Positions 30,043-40,667 are shown, counted from the first letter of the stretch. The stretch is DNA of 64,000 bases from Candidatus Levyibacteriota bacterium (GCA_038205015.1 JBBRCK010000004.1:4620-68619); one strand, 5' to 3'. Numbers and translations are program-made. Notes: generated by a model not told the origin, from the letters alone.

Positions 30043-30469
30043 TCTCACAAAAATAAAAGGAAAACGAAAAAGAAGGCTCGGTCAAGGTCATGGCTCGGGT
30101 CGTGTAAAAACATCAGGACGCGGAACAAAGGGGCAAAATGCTAGAAGCTCAAGGCCTCTTTCCTTTGAAGGTGGAGCATTGCCTTTAATAAAAAGACTTC
30201 CGTTTATGAGGGGAAAGAATAAAAATAAGGTATTTAGGATTAAGAAGCTTGTTGTTAATATTAAATTCCTTGAATTATTAAAAGATGGATCAGTGGTTGA
30301 TTTAAAAACATTAATTGCCAATAAAATTGTTAATGAAAATGAGGCAAAAGAATATGGAGTTAAAATTTTAGGAGACGGAGATATTAAAAAAGCATTAACC
30401 ATAAAACTACCAATTTCTAAGAAAGCAGCAATAAAGATTGAAAAAGCCGGCGGAAAAGTAGAAAATTAA
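30029..30469 (+). CDS. rplO: 50S ribosomal protein L15 (follows S5 directly; no L30 gene)
   Basis: 146 aa L15 family; 14-nt overlap with rpsE leaves no room for rpmD. Confidence 0.9.
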   Translation: MNLNSLTKIKGKRKRRLGQGHGSGRVKTSGRGTKGQNARSSRPLSFEGGALPLIKRLPFMRGKNKNKVFRIKKLVVNIKFLELLKDGSVVDLKTLIANKIVNENEAKEYGVKILGDGDIKKALTIKLPISKKAAIKIEKAGGKVEN

Positions 30470-30473
30470 ATAA

Positions 30474-31763
30474 ATGGATAAAATTCTCGCAATTTTCAAA
30501 AACAGCATCAAATCACCGGATGTCAGAAAAAAAATTATTTTTACAGCTTCTATTTTTGTAGTTGCAAGAATTTTTGCACATATTCCCGTTCCCGGAATTA
30601 ACATAGCTCAATTGAATTCTTTATTTTCCAGTAATCAATTTTTAGCTCTTCTTGATGTTTTTTCAGGTGGAACTCTTGCGAATTTTTCCGTCATGGCTCT
30701 GGGTCTTAATCCATATATCAATGCCTCAATTATTTTGCAGCTTTTAACAATGGTTTTTCCTAAGCTTGAAGCATTGCAAAAAGAAGGCGAGTCTGGAAGA
30801 CAAAAGATAAATCAATATACAAGAATGCTTACGGTTCCATTGGCTCTTCTTCAAGCTGTTGGAATGTATGCGCTTTTAAAAAATCAAGGAATTATTGGTA
30901 ATTTAAATATTTTAAGCTTAATTTCCCTGATGATTACTATGACTGCCGGTACTATGCTTATGGTTTGGTTGGGTGAACTGATTACAGAAAAAGGCATCGG
31001 AAACGGAATCTCTCTATTAATTTTTGCAGGAATAGTTTCAAGACTGCCGGTTTTATTTACACAAACTGCCACGACAGTTAACAGTCAAAATTTCTTCAAC
31101 ATCATAATTTTTGCCGTAATGGGAATTTTGGTTATAGCATCAATTGTTATAATAAACGAGGCGACCAGACAAATTACTGTTTATTATGCAAAACAAGTTA
31201 GAGGAAACAAAATGTATGGTGGGCAATCCACGCATTTACCGCTTAGATTAAATCAGGCCGGAGTAATACCAATTATTTTTGCCGTTTCTTTGGTTTTATT
31301 GCCTTCCCTAATTGCAAATTATTTATCCGTTGCAAGTAATCCTATCCTTCATAACATCGGTACAACAATAACGTTATGGTTTAGCCCGGTAGGATTTTTC
31401 TATAATGCAGTATATTTTATTTTAGTAGTCGGATTTACATATTTTTATACTGCAGTTGTTTTTAATCCTAAGAAAATCTCAGAAGAAATACAAAAATATG
31501 GTGGCTTTATTCCAGGAATCAGGCCCGGAACGCCAACCGCAAATTATTTAAATTATATTTTGACCAGAATTACTTTAGCAGGCGCTGTGTTCTTAGGTCT
31601 AATTGCAATTTTTCCAACCTTGGGAAGATTTTTTACTAATATTCAAAACCTTGCTTTGGGGGGTACGGGAGTTTTAATCGTCGTTTCCGTAGTTTTGGAA
31701 ACGATTAAAGCAATTGAAGCGCAGCTTGTGATGAGAAATTATGAAGGATTTTCAAAGAAATGA
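30474..31763 (+). CDS. secY: preprotein translocase subunit SecY
   Basis: 429 aa, 10 TM, SecY family. Confidence 0.95.
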   Translation: MDKILAIFKNSIKSPDVRKKIIFTASIFVVARIFAHIPVPGINIAQLNSLFSSNQFLALLDVFSGGTLANFSVMALGLNPYINASIILQLLTMVFPKLEALQKEGESGRQKINQYTRMLTVPLALLQAVGMYALLKNQGIIGNLNILSLISLMITMTAGTMLMVWLGELITEKGIGNGISLLIFAGIVSRLPVLFTQTATTVNSQNFFNIIIFAVMGILVIASIVIINEATRQITVYYAKQVRGNKMYGGQSTHLPLRLNQAGVIPIIFAVSLVLLPSLIANYLSVASNPILHNIGTTITLWFSPVGFFYNAVYFILVVGFTYFYTAVVFNPKKISEEIQKYGGFIPGIRPGTPTANYLNYILTRITLAGAVFLGLIAIFPTLGRFFTNIQNLALGGTGVLIVVSVVLETIKAIEAQLVMRNYEGFSKK

Positions 31764-32293
31764 AAATAATATTAATTGGAATACAGGGTGCAGGAAAATC
31801 GACTCAAGGAAACCTTCTTTCTAAAAACTTAAACATTCCATATCTTTCAGCAGGACATATTTTCCGCGAACTCTCCAAAGAAAAAAGCCAAGTTGGAAGA
31901 TATATCAAGGAAACTATTAACGCCGGATTTTTGGTTCCGGATCACAAGACTTTAGAAATAGTAGTTGGATATCTCGAAAAGCCGGAGTATGCCAATGGCT
32001 ATATTCTCGATGGGTTTCCAAGAACAACAAAGCAAGCAGAAGAATTTAAAGAAGAAATAGATAAAGCAATTTATCTTTTAGTGTCAGATAAGGAGGCTCT
32101 ATGGAGAATTTCGGGAAGAGAAGATGAGAGAGATGATGAAACATTAAAAGCTATTAGGAGAAGAATTGAAATCTTTCATGAGCACACAAAGCCGGTTTTA
32201 GAATATTATAGAAAAAAAGGTGTACTTTTAGAAATTAACGGTGAGCAGTCAATAGAAGATATTCAAAAAGAAATTTTAAAAAAACTTAAATAG
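31760..32293 (+). CDS. adk: adenylate kinase (short form, no Zn lid)
   Basis: 177 aa, [12 protein letters not shown]-loop. Confidence 0.9.
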   Translation: MKIILIGIQGAGKSTQGNLLSKNLNIPYLSAGHIFRELSKEKSQVGRYIKETINAGFLVPDHKTLEIVVGYLEKPEYANGYILDGFPRTTKQAEEFKEEIDKAIYLLVSDKEALWRISGREDERDDETLKAIRRRIEIFHEHTKPVLEYYRKKGVLLEINGEQSIEDIQKEILKKLK

Positions 32294-32311
32294 GACTTCC
32301 CCGAAGTTTTT

Positions 32312-32995
32312 ATGAATAATATTAAGGGTTTTGCAATTGCAATTGATGGTCCTGCTGCTGCCGGGAAGGGCACGATAGCACCAGAATTAGCAAAAAAATT
32401 AAATGGTTTTTATCTTTATACTGGCGCAATGTACCGGTGCGTTGCTCTTTTTTGCTTAAAAAAGGGAATAGATTTAAATAACGAGGGCTCAGTTGAATCG
32501 GTTATCTCAAAAATTAACATTGATTTTAAAGGCACAAAGATATTTTTAAATAACCAAGATGTCACAAAAGATATCACCAGTGAGGAAGTAAGTATGGGGT
32601 CATCTAAAGTGGCCCTGTATAAAAAGGTTAGAGAAAAATTGGTTTTACTTCAAAGAGGAATTGTAGAAAAAGCCTTATCTAAAGGAATAAATGTGGTTGC
32701 GGAAGGAAGAGATACAGCTACTAAAGTTTTACCAAAAGCTGATCTTAAAATATTTCTGATAGCGGATGCAAAAATTAGGGCGCAAAGAAGATTTGCTCAA
32801 ATTATGAAAAGAGGCATAAAAACAGATTTGGAAAAAGTTTTAAAAGACATTATTAAAAGAGATAGCCAAGATAGCAAAAGAAAAATAGATCCACTGGTTG
32901 AAAACCCTGAAAATTATGGCTATCTTATTTTAAATAATTCAAACCTTACGGAAGAGGAAACAATTAACGCAATTATTGAAAAAATTAAAAAATGA
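32312..32995 (+). CDS. cmk: cytidylate kinase
   Basis: 227 aa, AIDGPAAAGKGT P-loop and CMP kinase family pattern. Confidence 0.85.
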   Translation: MNNIKGFAIAIDGPAAAGKGTIAPELAKKLNGFYLYTGAMYRCVALFCLKKGIDLNNEGSVESVISKINIDFKGTKIFLNNQDVTKDITSEEVSMGSSKVALYKKVREKLVLLQRGIVEKALSKGINVVAEGRDTATKVLPKADLKIFLIADAKIRAQRRFAQIMKRGIKTDLEKVLKDIIKRDSQDSKRKIDPLVENPENYGYLILNNSNLTEEETINAIIEKIKK

Positions 32996-33750
32996 TTAAT
33001 ATTAAAACCCAAAAAGAAATAGAAATAATGGCAACGGGAGGAAAAATTCTTTCCGATGTTTTATGGGAGCTTGGTAGAAAAGTAGGAGTTGGAGTTTCAG
33101 AATTAGAGATAGATGCTTTAGCCGAAAAGTTAATTATAGAAAAAGGCGGAGAGCCGGGATTTAAAAGGGTCCAGGGCTATAATCACACGGTATGCATTTC
33201 GGTAAATGACGTGGTTGTGCACGGAATACCGACTAATCATCAGCTTAAAGAGTCAGATATCATTGGAATCGATTGTGGAGTGTTCTACGGTGGGTTCCAT
33301 ACTGATATGTCGGAGACCTTTAGGGTTCAAAGCGACTTAAAAAATGATGCTACGGAGAAATTTCTGTTTGTTGGTAAAAAAGCATTAGAAGAAGGAATAA
33401 AACAGGTGAAATTGGGAAAACATGTCGGAGATATTTCAAAAACTATTCAAGATATTGTTGAAATTCAAGATAATTATTCGGTGGTAAGAACGTTGGTGGG
33501 GCATGGGGTTGGCCACGAACTTCATGAAGAGCCTGAAGTACCTGGATTTTTAATGGGAAAAATTGAGAAAACACCGCTTCTTAAAGAGGGAATGGTAATT
33601 GCAGTTGAAGTAATTTATAACGTGGGCGGTCCGGAGCTAAAATTAGATGATGATGGTTGGACTCTGCGGACCCGGGACGGGTCCTTGTCTGGTCTTTTTG
33701 AACGAACAATTGCTATTACAAAAGATGGTCCTTTAGTTCTTACGCCATAA
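32992..33750 (+). CDS. map: type I methionine aminopeptidase
   Basis: 252 aa, pita-bread fold metal ligands (D..D..H..E..E). Confidence 0.93.
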   Translation: MINIKTQKEIEIMATGGKILSDVLWELGRKVGVGVSELEIDALAEKLIIEKGGEPGFKRVQGYNHTVCISVNDVVVHGIPTNHQLKESDIIGIDCGVFYGGFHTDMSETFRVQSDLKNDATEKFLFVGKKALEEGIKQVKLGKHVGDISKTIQDIVEIQDNYSVVRTLVGHGVGHELHEEPEVPGFLMGKIEKTPLLKEGMVIAVEVIYNVGGPELKLDDDGWTLRTRDGSLSGLFERTIAITKDGPLVLTP

Positions 33751-33832
33751 TTGCTCTTTTGAGTTCGATTTGCTATAATTATTGGAAGAAATTCTAAATT
33801 CCATAGATTTTTGGATTTAGAATTTTAATTTT

Positions 33833-34051
33833 ATGGCTCATCAGGGTTCAATAGAAATGGAAGGGATTGTAAGAGAGTCTTTGCCCAACACTTTATTTAG
33901 AGTTGAGCTTGAGAACGGTCAATTAGTTCTTTGTCATTTATCGGGAAAAATGAGGATGAATTTTATAAAAATTCTTCCAGGAGATAAAGTAAGAGTAGAA
34001 ATGACGCCTTACGATAAAGAAAAAGGTAGGATAATTTTTAGAATTAAATAG
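33833..34051 (+). CDS. infA: translation initiation factor IF-1
   Basis: 72 aa S1-like OB fold IF-1 family. Confidence 0.9.
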   Translation: MAHQGSIEMEGIVRESLPNTLFRVELENGQLVLCHLSGKMRMNFIKILPGDKVRVEMTPYDKEKGRIIFRIK

Positions 34052-34052
34052 T

Positions 34053-34166
34053 ATGAAAGTACAAGCAAGCGTTAAACCAAGATGTGTTAAATGTAAAGTA
34101 ATAAAAAGAAGAGGCGTGCTTAGAGTTACATGCGATAATCCAAGACATAAGCAGAGGCAAGGTTAA
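34053..34166 (+). CDS. rpmJ: 50S ribosomal protein L36 (not in ORF track)
   Basis: Hand translation [37 protein letters not shown], 37 aa, C-C-C-H zinc ribbon. Confidence 0.85.
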   Translation: MKVQASVKPRCVKCKVIKRRGVLRVTCDNPRHKQRQG

Positions 34167-34169
34167 TCT

Positions 34170-34565
34170 ATGAGAATTTCAGGAGTTAATTTACCAGACG
34201 AAAAAAGAGTAGACATAGGACTTACCTATTTATTTGGTGTAGGCAGAAACAACGCTTATGATATTTTAAAGAAAGCAGAAGTTGACGCTTCAAAAAGGAT
34301 GAAAGCTTTAACCGACGAGGAATTACAAAGGCTTCAAAGAGTTTTAGAAACATATAAGATTGAAGGAGATCTTCGGGTTGAAATTCAAGGTAATATCAAA
34401 AGACTTAAAGAAATCGGTTCCTACAGGGGTACAAGGCATAGTAAGAGCCTGCCATCCAGAGGACAAAGAACAAAATCAAATGCCAGAACAAAAAGAGGTA
34501 AGAGAGTAACAATTGGAGCCATTAAGAAAGAAGTAGCGGCAAAAATGGGAATAACAACAACATAG
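34170..34565 (+). CDS. rpsM: 30S ribosomal protein S13
   Basis: 131 aa S13 family. Confidence 0.95.
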   Translation: MRISGVNLPDEKRVDIGLTYLFGVGRNNAYDILKKAEVDASKRMKALTDEELQRLQRVLETYKIEGDLRVEIQGNIKRLKEIGSYRGTRHSKSLPSRGQRTKSNARTKRGKRVTIGAIKKEVAAKMGITTT

Positions 34566-34566
34566 T

Positions 34567-34971
34567 ATGGCAAAAAAAGAAATAAAATCAGCAAAAGCAA
34601 AAGCAAAAAAATCTACCCTTAAAATTTCGGAAAAAGGCAGAGCTTATGTTGCTTCAACATTTAATAACACTTTAGTAACAATCACTAACGAGAAAGGTGA
34701 AACAGTTGCCTGGTCAAGTGCCGGAGCATCGGGTTTTAAGGGAACAAGAAAATCAACACCTTTTGCAGCGACAACAGCCATGGAAACAGTTGCTAAAAAA
34801 GCTTTGGATAAAGGAATAAGAAGTGTCGACGTTTTTATTAAAGGGCCTGGTGCGGGAAGAGATGCAGCTTTGAGAGCAATTAAATCGGCAGGGCTATCGA
34901 TTTTAATGATTGCGGATGTTACGCCTATTCCGCATAACGGACCAAGAGCGTCGAAAAAGAGGAGAATATAA
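34567..34971 (+). CDS. rpsK: 30S ribosomal protein S11
   Basis: 134 aa S11 family. Confidence 0.95.
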   Translation: MAKKEIKSAKAKAKKSTLKISEKGRAYVASTFNNTLVTITNEKGETVAWSSAGASGFKGTRKSTPFAATTAMETVAKKALDKGIRSVDVFIKGPGAGRDAALRAIKSAGLSILMIADVTPIPHNGPRASKKRRI

Positions 34972-35573
34972 TGGCTAGATATACAGGACCAAAACATAGA
35001 TTATTAAGAAAAGAAGGGGTTAATCTTTTAGATAAAACTTCACAAAGTTTAATTAGAAGGCTAAATATTCCTCCGGGAATTCATGGCAAAAAAAGAAAAA
35101 AGAGGTTATCGGAATTTGGTCTTCAGTTAAGAGAAAAGCAAAAAGCAAAAACAACCTACGGACTTTTAGAAAAACAGTTTAAAAAGATTGTCCAAACAGT
35201 ACAGGGTAAAAAAGGTGATACTAAGGAATTAATTATCTCCCTATTGGAGACAAGATTAGATAATGTTGTCTATAGACTTGGATTTGCCAAAACAAGATAT
35301 ATGTCAAGACAAATGGTTTCTCATGGTCATGTTTTGGTTAACGGTAAAAAATTAAATATTCCATCTTATCAGGTAAAAGTTAATGACGTAATTTCTCTTT
35401 CACCAAAAATGCAAAAAAATCCAAAAATTGTAGAGTTGATGGAAGAAAAGGGCAATATATTAGACTTTTTAAAGATTCAGGGAATGTCAGGAAAGCTTGA
35501 AAGGATGCCCAAAAAGGATGATGTGCAGGTTCCATTTGATTTGCAGTTGATTGTTGAATATTATTCCAGGTAA
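34971..35573 (+). CDS. rpsD: 30S ribosomal protein S4
   Basis: 200 aa, MARYTGPK start, S4 domain. Confidence 0.95.
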   Translation: MARYTGPKHRLLRKEGVNLLDKTSQSLIRRLNIPPGIHGKKRKKRLSEFGLQLREKQKAKTTYGLLEKQFKKIVQTVQGKKGDTKELIISLLETRLDNVVYRLGFAKTRYMSRQMVSHGHVLVNGKKLNIPSYQVKVNDVISLSPKMQKNPKIVELMEEKGNILDFLKIQGMSGKLERMPKKDDVQVPFDLQLIVEYYSR

Positions 35574-35590
35574 TGGTAAAATAGTAAACT

Positions 35591-36520
35591 ATGGTTGAAC
35601 CAACATTTAAAATTAAAGAAGAAAAAGTAACGGATGAATACGGTGAGTTTGTGATAGAGCCGTTAGAGCCCGGCTACGGACACACTTTAGGAAATGCTTT
35701 AAGAAGAGTTCTTTTGGTATCTATTCCAGGAGCAGCGGTAACTTCAGTAAAAATCTCAGGAGCTAAGCACAAATTTTCTACAATCCCAGGGCTTAAAGAA
35801 AATTTGGTTGACCTTTTATTAAATATAAAAGGATTAAATTTTAGATTATTAGATTCAAAAGCACAAAGTATAGTAAAACTTTCCGTAAAAGGTCCTAAGG
35901 AAATAACCGCAAAAGATTTAGAGCTTCCGGAAGATGTAGAAGTAGTTAACAAAGATCATTACATCGGATCATTAAATGATAAAAAAGCAAAATTAGATAT
36001 TGAATTTACAGTAGAAAGAGGAATGGGATACTCATTGGCAGATGAAAGAAAAATCTCAACCTTGGGAGTTATTCCAACCGATGCTGTTTATACACCAATA
36101 AGAAGAGTAAATTATGAAGTTTCTGCAACTAGAGTTGGAAGACAAACAAACCTAGATAAATTAACTCTTCAGGTTTGGACAAATGGAGTAGTTAAGCCAA
36201 AAGATGCATTAGAGGATGCAGCAAGAATCTTGTCAGCTTATTTTTTCCAAGTTTTCGAACCGAAAGCTTCGGCTACAGCTTCAGCTGATTCACAAGTTTC
36301 GTATACCGGAGTTTCCGAAGCATCGCTTAGAATGACAATTGATGAATTGGACTTACCTACAAGAATTTATAACAGCTTAAGAAACGGTGGAATTGAGACA
36401 ATCGGTCAGCTTTTGGAAGCTCCAAGAAAAGAATTAATTTCAATGAGAAACATGGGCGGAAAATCAATTGGAGTAATAGAAGAAAAATTAAAAGAAAAAG
36501 GAATTAGTCTTCAAAGCTAA
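35591..36520 (+). CDS. rpoA: DNA-directed RNA polymerase subunit alpha
   Basis: 309 aa alpha NTD + CTD. Confidence 0.95.
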   Translation: MVEPTFKIKEEKVTDEYGEFVIEPLEPGYGHTLGNALRRVLLVSIPGAAVTSVKISGAKHKFSTIPGLKENLVDLLLNIKGLNFRLLDSKAQSIVKLSVKGPKEITAKDLELPEDVEVVNKDHYIGSLNDKKAKLDIEFTVERGMGYSLADERKISTLGVIPTDAVYTPIRRVNYEVSATRVGRQTNLDKLTLQVWTNGVVKPKDALEDAARILSAYFFQVFEPKASATASADSQVSYTGVSEASLRMTIDELDLPTRIYNSLRNGGIETIGQLLEAPRKELISMRNMGGKSIGVIEEKLKEKGISLQS

Positions 36521-36532
36521 ATACCCTTGGTC

Positions 36533-36597
36533 AAATCTCAAAATCTTAGATCTCAAATGTTAAAAATTAAGAATTAATTTTGAGATTTAAGATTTTT
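36533..36597 (+). repeat. direct/inverted repeats of AAATCT(C/T)AAAA motif in rpoA-rplQ spacer
   Basis: AAATCTCAAAA (36533-43) vs TTTTGAGATTT (36578-88) and AAAATCTTA vs TAAGATTTT, then T-run. Confidence 0.35.
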
Positions 36598-36603
36598 TAG
36601 TTT

Positions 36604-37083
36604 ATGAAAAAGAAAGTTTTTGGCAGAAAATTTAAGAGAGATAAAAACGAAAGAACGGCTTTGTTTAAAGGTCTAATGTCAGCTTTGGTTTTAAATGAGA
36701 GAATTAAAACAACCGAAGAAAAAGCAAAGGCAATTAGGCCGCAAATTGAAAAACTTATCACTAAGGCAAAAAATGGCGAGAATTCTGCAAGGATAGTTTT
36801 AGAAAAAAATTTAAACAAAGAAGCTTTCAATAAAATTATAAAAGAAATAGCCCCAAGATTTACCAAAAGACAGGGTGGATATACAAGAATAATTAAATTG
36901 GGAGAAAGACTTGGGGATGACGCAAAAGTAGTTATAATGGAATGGACAGAAAGCGCCATAATTGTTCCGGTTCAAGAAAAGGCCAAGCCAAAAGTAAAAA
37001 AAGCGGAAAAAGAAAAACCAGCCGTTAAGAAAAAAGAAGTTAAGAAAAAGGTTGTTAAAAAAGAAAATAAGAAAGCAAAATAA
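36604..37083 (+). CDS. rplQ: 50S ribosomal protein L17 with Lys-rich C-terminal tail
   Basis: 159 aa L17 family. Confidence 0.92.
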   Translation: MKKKVFGRKFKRDKNERTALFKGLMSALVLNERIKTTEEKAKAIRPQIEKLITKAKNGENSARIVLEKNLNKEAFNKIIKEIAPRFTKRQGGYTRIIKLGERLGDDAKVVIMEWTESAIIVPVQEKAKPKVKKAEKEKPAVKKKEVKKKVVKKENKKAK

Positions 37084-37085
37084 TT

Positions 37086-37505
37086 ATGAAACAAACTAAA
37101 TCTACGAAAATAAATGAAGTTCAAAGACAATGGCATTTTGTTGACGTAAAAAATAAAATCTTAGGAAGGAGTGCATCTGACATTGCGCTCCTTTTAATGG
37201 GTAAAAATAAATCAAATTTTGTAAGAAATTTAGACTTGGGAGATTTTGTGGTTGTAGTTAATGCAAAAGAAGTAAAAGTTACCGGAAACAAAGCAAATTT
37301 AAAAAAATATTACAGACACTCAGGTTATCCGGGTGGACTTACAATAGAATCGTATAAAGAGTTACACGAAAAAAATCCTAACGAAATAATTAGGCATGCT
37401 GTGGCTGGCATGTTGCCTCAGAACAAATTAAAAGCTAAAATGTTAAAAAGACTTTATATCTTTCCAGGCGAAGAGCATAAATATAAGGATAAATTTAATA
37501 AATAA
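37086..37505 (+). CDS. rplM: 50S ribosomal protein L13
   Basis: 139 aa L13 family. Confidence 0.93.
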   Translation: MKQTKSTKINEVQRQWHFVDVKNKILGRSASDIALLLMGKNKSNFVRNLDLGDFVVVVNAKEVKVTGNKANLKKYYRHSGYPGGLTIESYKELHEKNPNEIIRHAVAGMLPQNKLKAKMLKRLYIFPGEEHKYKDKFNK

Positions 37506-37508
37506 AAT

Positions 37509-37949
37509 ATGATAGATAAAAAAAATTATAAATTTGCAGTCGGAAGAAGAAAAGAAGCAGTTGCAAGGATTAGATTATACGAAGATTTAAAAGAGAATAT
37601 TCTAATTGGGGAAACCCCTTTAAAAAAGGGCGATATTATTGTCAATAATAAAAAAGCCGATGATTATTTTAGAGGCTTAACTTCAAAGGTCAGATACGAA
37701 GAGGCTCTAAAAATAACCAATAATTTAGATAAATATACCATTACCGCAAAAATAGAGGGCGGCGGACAAAAAAGTCAGTTGGAGGCTTTTATTCATGCAT
37801 TATCCAGAACTCTTTCAACAATTGACGATAAAAATAAGCAGATTCTAAAGAAAAAAGGATTTTTAACAAGAGATGCAAGAGTTAGGGAAAGACGAAAAGT
37901 TGGAATGGGTGGAAAAGCAAGAAGAAAGAGACAATCTCCGAAGAGGTAA
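37509..37949 (+). CDS. rpsI: 30S ribosomal protein S9
   Basis: 146 aa S9 family, C-terminal ...RRKRQSPKR. Confidence 0.93.
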   Translation: MIDKKNYKFAVGRRKEAVARIRLYEDLKENILIGETPLKKGDIIVNNKKADDYFRGLTSKVRYEEALKITNNLDKYTITAKIEGGGQKSQLEAFIHALSRTLSTIDDKNKQILKKKGFLTRDARVRERRKVGMGGKARRKRQSPKR

Positions 37950-38005
37950 TCCTCATTATTATTAATAGTGTTTGTGTGATATCCCAAAGCGTTAAATTGT
38001 GGTTT

Positions 38006-38551
38006 TTACAGGAGTCCTTTTTCTATCATTACTTTTATCCAAGGAGCTAGGGTATCGTAAACTTTGCCTTTTTTATCTTTTAATTCCTTTTTTGATATCA
38101 AAGAAAAGCCATAGGCAAAATCATAATTTGGTGTTGGTAGTTTTCTAACCTCAGTAATTAATATTTCACAAACTTCGTGTTCGGTATAGATACTGTATTT
38201 ATCTTTTGCTTTGTAATAAACAGCTCCCTCATTTTTTGGTACACCCGTGAGATCTTTTTTTTCTAAGTTCCATTCTCTTTTTAGGCATTGGTAGGTTGCT
38301 TCAAGAGTAGTTTGTAGTATCCCATCAATATATAGCTGATGAGAGGAAGATGTAATATCAAAAACTCCATCAAACGCAACATGTTTTCTGTGTTGTAAAA
38401 TATAATGCCCCTTATAAATAAGTGCAACGCTTAAGGCCTTATGGAGAACACCTTTTTTATGAGCTTCCCATTTTTCGATTTTTCCAATTATATTGCCCTT
38501 TCGGTCAACTTTGGCAATCATTTGTTTTTGTTTATAATAACTATTAATCAT
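38006..38551 (-). CDS. idi: isopentenyl-diphosphate delta-isomerase, type 1 (NUDIX family)
   Basis: 181 aa; HKKGVLHKALSVALI...HRKHVAFDGVFDITSSSH and ENEVCEILITEV align with type-1 IDI. Confidence 0.7.
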   Translation of the reverse strand: MINSYYKQKQMIAKVDRKGNIIGKIEKWEAHKKGVLHKALSVALIYKGHYILQHRKHVAFDGVFDITSSSHQLYIDGILQTTLEATYQCLKREWNLEKKDLTGVPKNEGAVYYKAKDKYSIYTEHEVCEILITEVRKLPTPNYDFAYGFSLISKKELKDKKGKVYDTLAPWIKVMIEKGLL

Positions 38552-39554
38552 TTTTATTTTCGTATCTTCGTATTAAAGCACTTAATTGCTTATTTGGCAA
38601 CTTAAACATACGATATCGTTCTTTTACTGTTTGGGGCAAATCTATAACGGGAATACCTAACATTCTAAAAGGAATTAGTACTCTTTGGGTAAATTCCTCT
38701 GGAACAGATGCTGCTGCCGATACGCCAACCGTTCTAACATTTGGAGTAAACCACGACCAATCAATTTCTTCCGGACCATTTACCAATGCAGAAGGAATAT
38801 CTCTTTCTTCACCGATATGCTTTATTCCTCTTGCGTTATTACTGCTTTGATCACCAACCACCAACCAAAAATCTGCTTTTGCTATCAAATCCTTTCCGGC
38901 TGTAAATCTATTTCTTAGCGCATAGCATGAGCGGGCACCGGATGAGTCTATGTTTGGATTAATTGCCTCAAGCTCAGCAATTCTTGTATCGGTAATATCG
39001 GGGTCATTAGTTGTTTTTGCAAAAATTCTTGTACCGTTTGGTATTTGGGTATCTGCAGGTATTGGTTTAGATGGGTCAAAAATTGTAAGCATATCAGGTT
39101 CAACTTGTCCCTTTATTCCTCTTGTTTCGGGGTGGTTCTCTTCACCTAAAAAAATACTTGGAATTTCTTTGGCTGCCGCTTTTTTAATTTCCATTTGTCC
39201 ATCAAGTACAATAGAGCAAGAAGTATCAATTGCAAAAATGCCTCTCTCCCAAGCTTCTTGAAAAACTTCTGGTGCTGCTCCGTGAGCTGAAATAATTAAT
39301 ACTGCACCATCAGGAACTCTAGAGATATTACCGTTAGCATTTTTAAGTCGTTGACCGTATTTTTCAAAAGCAGGGGGATAATTTACGGGTGTATTTGTAG
39401 TCCAAACATCAACATCGGGTGGTACGATTCCCATAATTTGCTCAACTGCGGCAAGACTCATTTCGACACCGCCACAAGTACCTCTATTTCCGGCAACAAG
39501 CACTTCTTCTATAGCAAGAGATGCTTGTGGATTATAATTAAATTCCACGCTCAT
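38544..39554 (-). CDS. ispH: 4-hydroxy-3-methylbut-2-enyl diphosphate reductase
   Basis: 336 aa; three conserved Cys regions (GTCGGV, IDTSCSIV, ARSCYALRNR) and VVGDQSSNN motif of IspH/LytB. Confidence 0.85.
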   Translation of the reverse strand: MSVEFNYNPQASLAIEEVLVAGNRGTCGGVEMSLAAVEQIMGIVPPDVDVWTTNTPVNYPPAFEKYGQRLKNANGNISRVPDGAVLIISAHGAAPEVFQEAWERGIFAIDTSCSIVLDGQMEIKKAAAKEIPSIFLGEENHPETRGIKGQVEPDMLTIFDPSKPIPADTQIPNGTRIFAKTTNDPDITDTRIAELEAINPNIDSSGARSCYALRNRFTAGKDLIAKADFWLVVGDQSSNNARGIKHIGEERDIPSALVNGPEEIDWSWFTPNVRTVGVSAAASVPEEFTQRVLIPFRMLGIPVIDLPQTVKERYRMFKLPNKQLSALIRRYENKND

Positions 39555-39593
39555 ATTATAGGGGATTATTATATCAAAGGAGGAGGCTAATAG

Positions 39594-40658
39594 CTAACTT
39601 TGACGAGCCTGCATTATTTTTACCAAATCAAAGCAAATATTTTTATATTCCTGTTCCAAACTGGAGTTAGAAATTATGATTTTTGCATCTTCTAGGTTTT
39701 GTAAAATTATTTTCTTGCCTTCTTCAATTGCTCCGGAGTCTTTAAAAATATTTATAAGTTCTTCTTGTTCTTCTTTAGTTAATTCTTTGCCAAAATAGTT
39801 TGAAAGCTTATCACTTTGATCTCTTGTACCCTTTTTTAGAACATAATAGATAAAAAATGTGTGCTGGTGGTCTGCAATATCCCGCAAAATACTTTTTTCT
39901 AAAACTTTTGGATCTCCAATAATATCTAAAAGGTCATCTTGCATTTGAAATGCTACTCCAAGTTTGGTTCCAAGACTCTCGCAGAAATCATCAACGTTTT
40001 CTTGGTAGTTTGCAAGACTTGCGCCAATTTGCATTGGTCTTACAAAAGTATATCGTGATGTTTTTAGTCGCGTCTTCTCTTCTATTAAATTTAAATCTGC
40101 GCTTTCTCTGGTAGTGATATCAATATCAATCATTTGTCCTAAAACAACCTCGTCGGCCATTTTATAAAAATAGTCGTGTGCTTTTTCTAGATTCTCCTTT
40201 GGGAAATTATTATTATCTAGAAAAATTTCCATTGCCCACGAGAAATATAAATCTCCAACTAAAATTCCCTGTGCTCTAGAAACATTTTCAATATCACTTA
40301 CTCTTTTTTGTTGATTTAGTTTTTCAAGAACAAAAGCGTGAAGAGTTTGTATTCCATGTCTGGTATCTGCCTTATCCATAATGTCATCATGCATTAAGGC
40401 AAATGTATGAAAAATTTCAAGCGAGATAAAAAGCTTTATTGCTTTCTCAATATCTTTTCCACCCATGGCAGAATACATTACATAGGCAATATAGGGTCTT
40501 ACTCTTTTACCTCCGGCAAGCGCCAGTTTTTTAGAATACAAAATAAAATCTTTAATAAATGGATCAGAAGTTTTTTCTAAAAATTCATTAATTCTTTTAT
40601 CCAAGAATTCTTCAAGAATGGGATCAAAAATAGCCTTAAATTCTTTTAATGAATACAT
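39594..40658 (-). CDS. trans-isoprenyl diphosphate synthase (polyprenyl synthetase family)
   Basis: GGKRVRP, first DDxxD (MHDDIMD) and second DDxxD (QMQDDLLD); ATG at 40658 preferred because track GTG start (40703) overlaps the tRNA. Confidence 0.8.
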   Translation of the reverse strand: MYSLKEFKAIFDPILEEFLDKRINEFLEKTSDPFIKDFILYSKKLALAGGKRVRPYIAYVMYSAMGGKDIEKAIKLFISLEIFHTFALMHDDIMDKADTRHGIQTLHAFVLEKLNQQKRVSDIENVSRAQGILVGDLYFSWAMEIFLDNNNFPKENLEKAHDYFYKMADEVVLGQMIDIDITTRESADLNLIEEKTRLKTSRYTFVRPMQIGASLANYQENVDDFCESLGTKLGVAFQMQDDLLDIIGDPKVLEKSILRDIADHQHTFFIYYVLKKGTRDQSDKLSNYFGKELTKEEQEELINIFKDSGAIEEGKKIILQNLEDAKIIISNSSLEQEYKNICFDLVKIMQARQS

Positions 40659-40667
40659 ATTTTTAAG

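Noticed and set aside
37950-38005. Possible bidirectional terminator between convergent rpsI and idi
   Set aside because: No convincing stem-loop plus U-tract found in the 56-nt spacer
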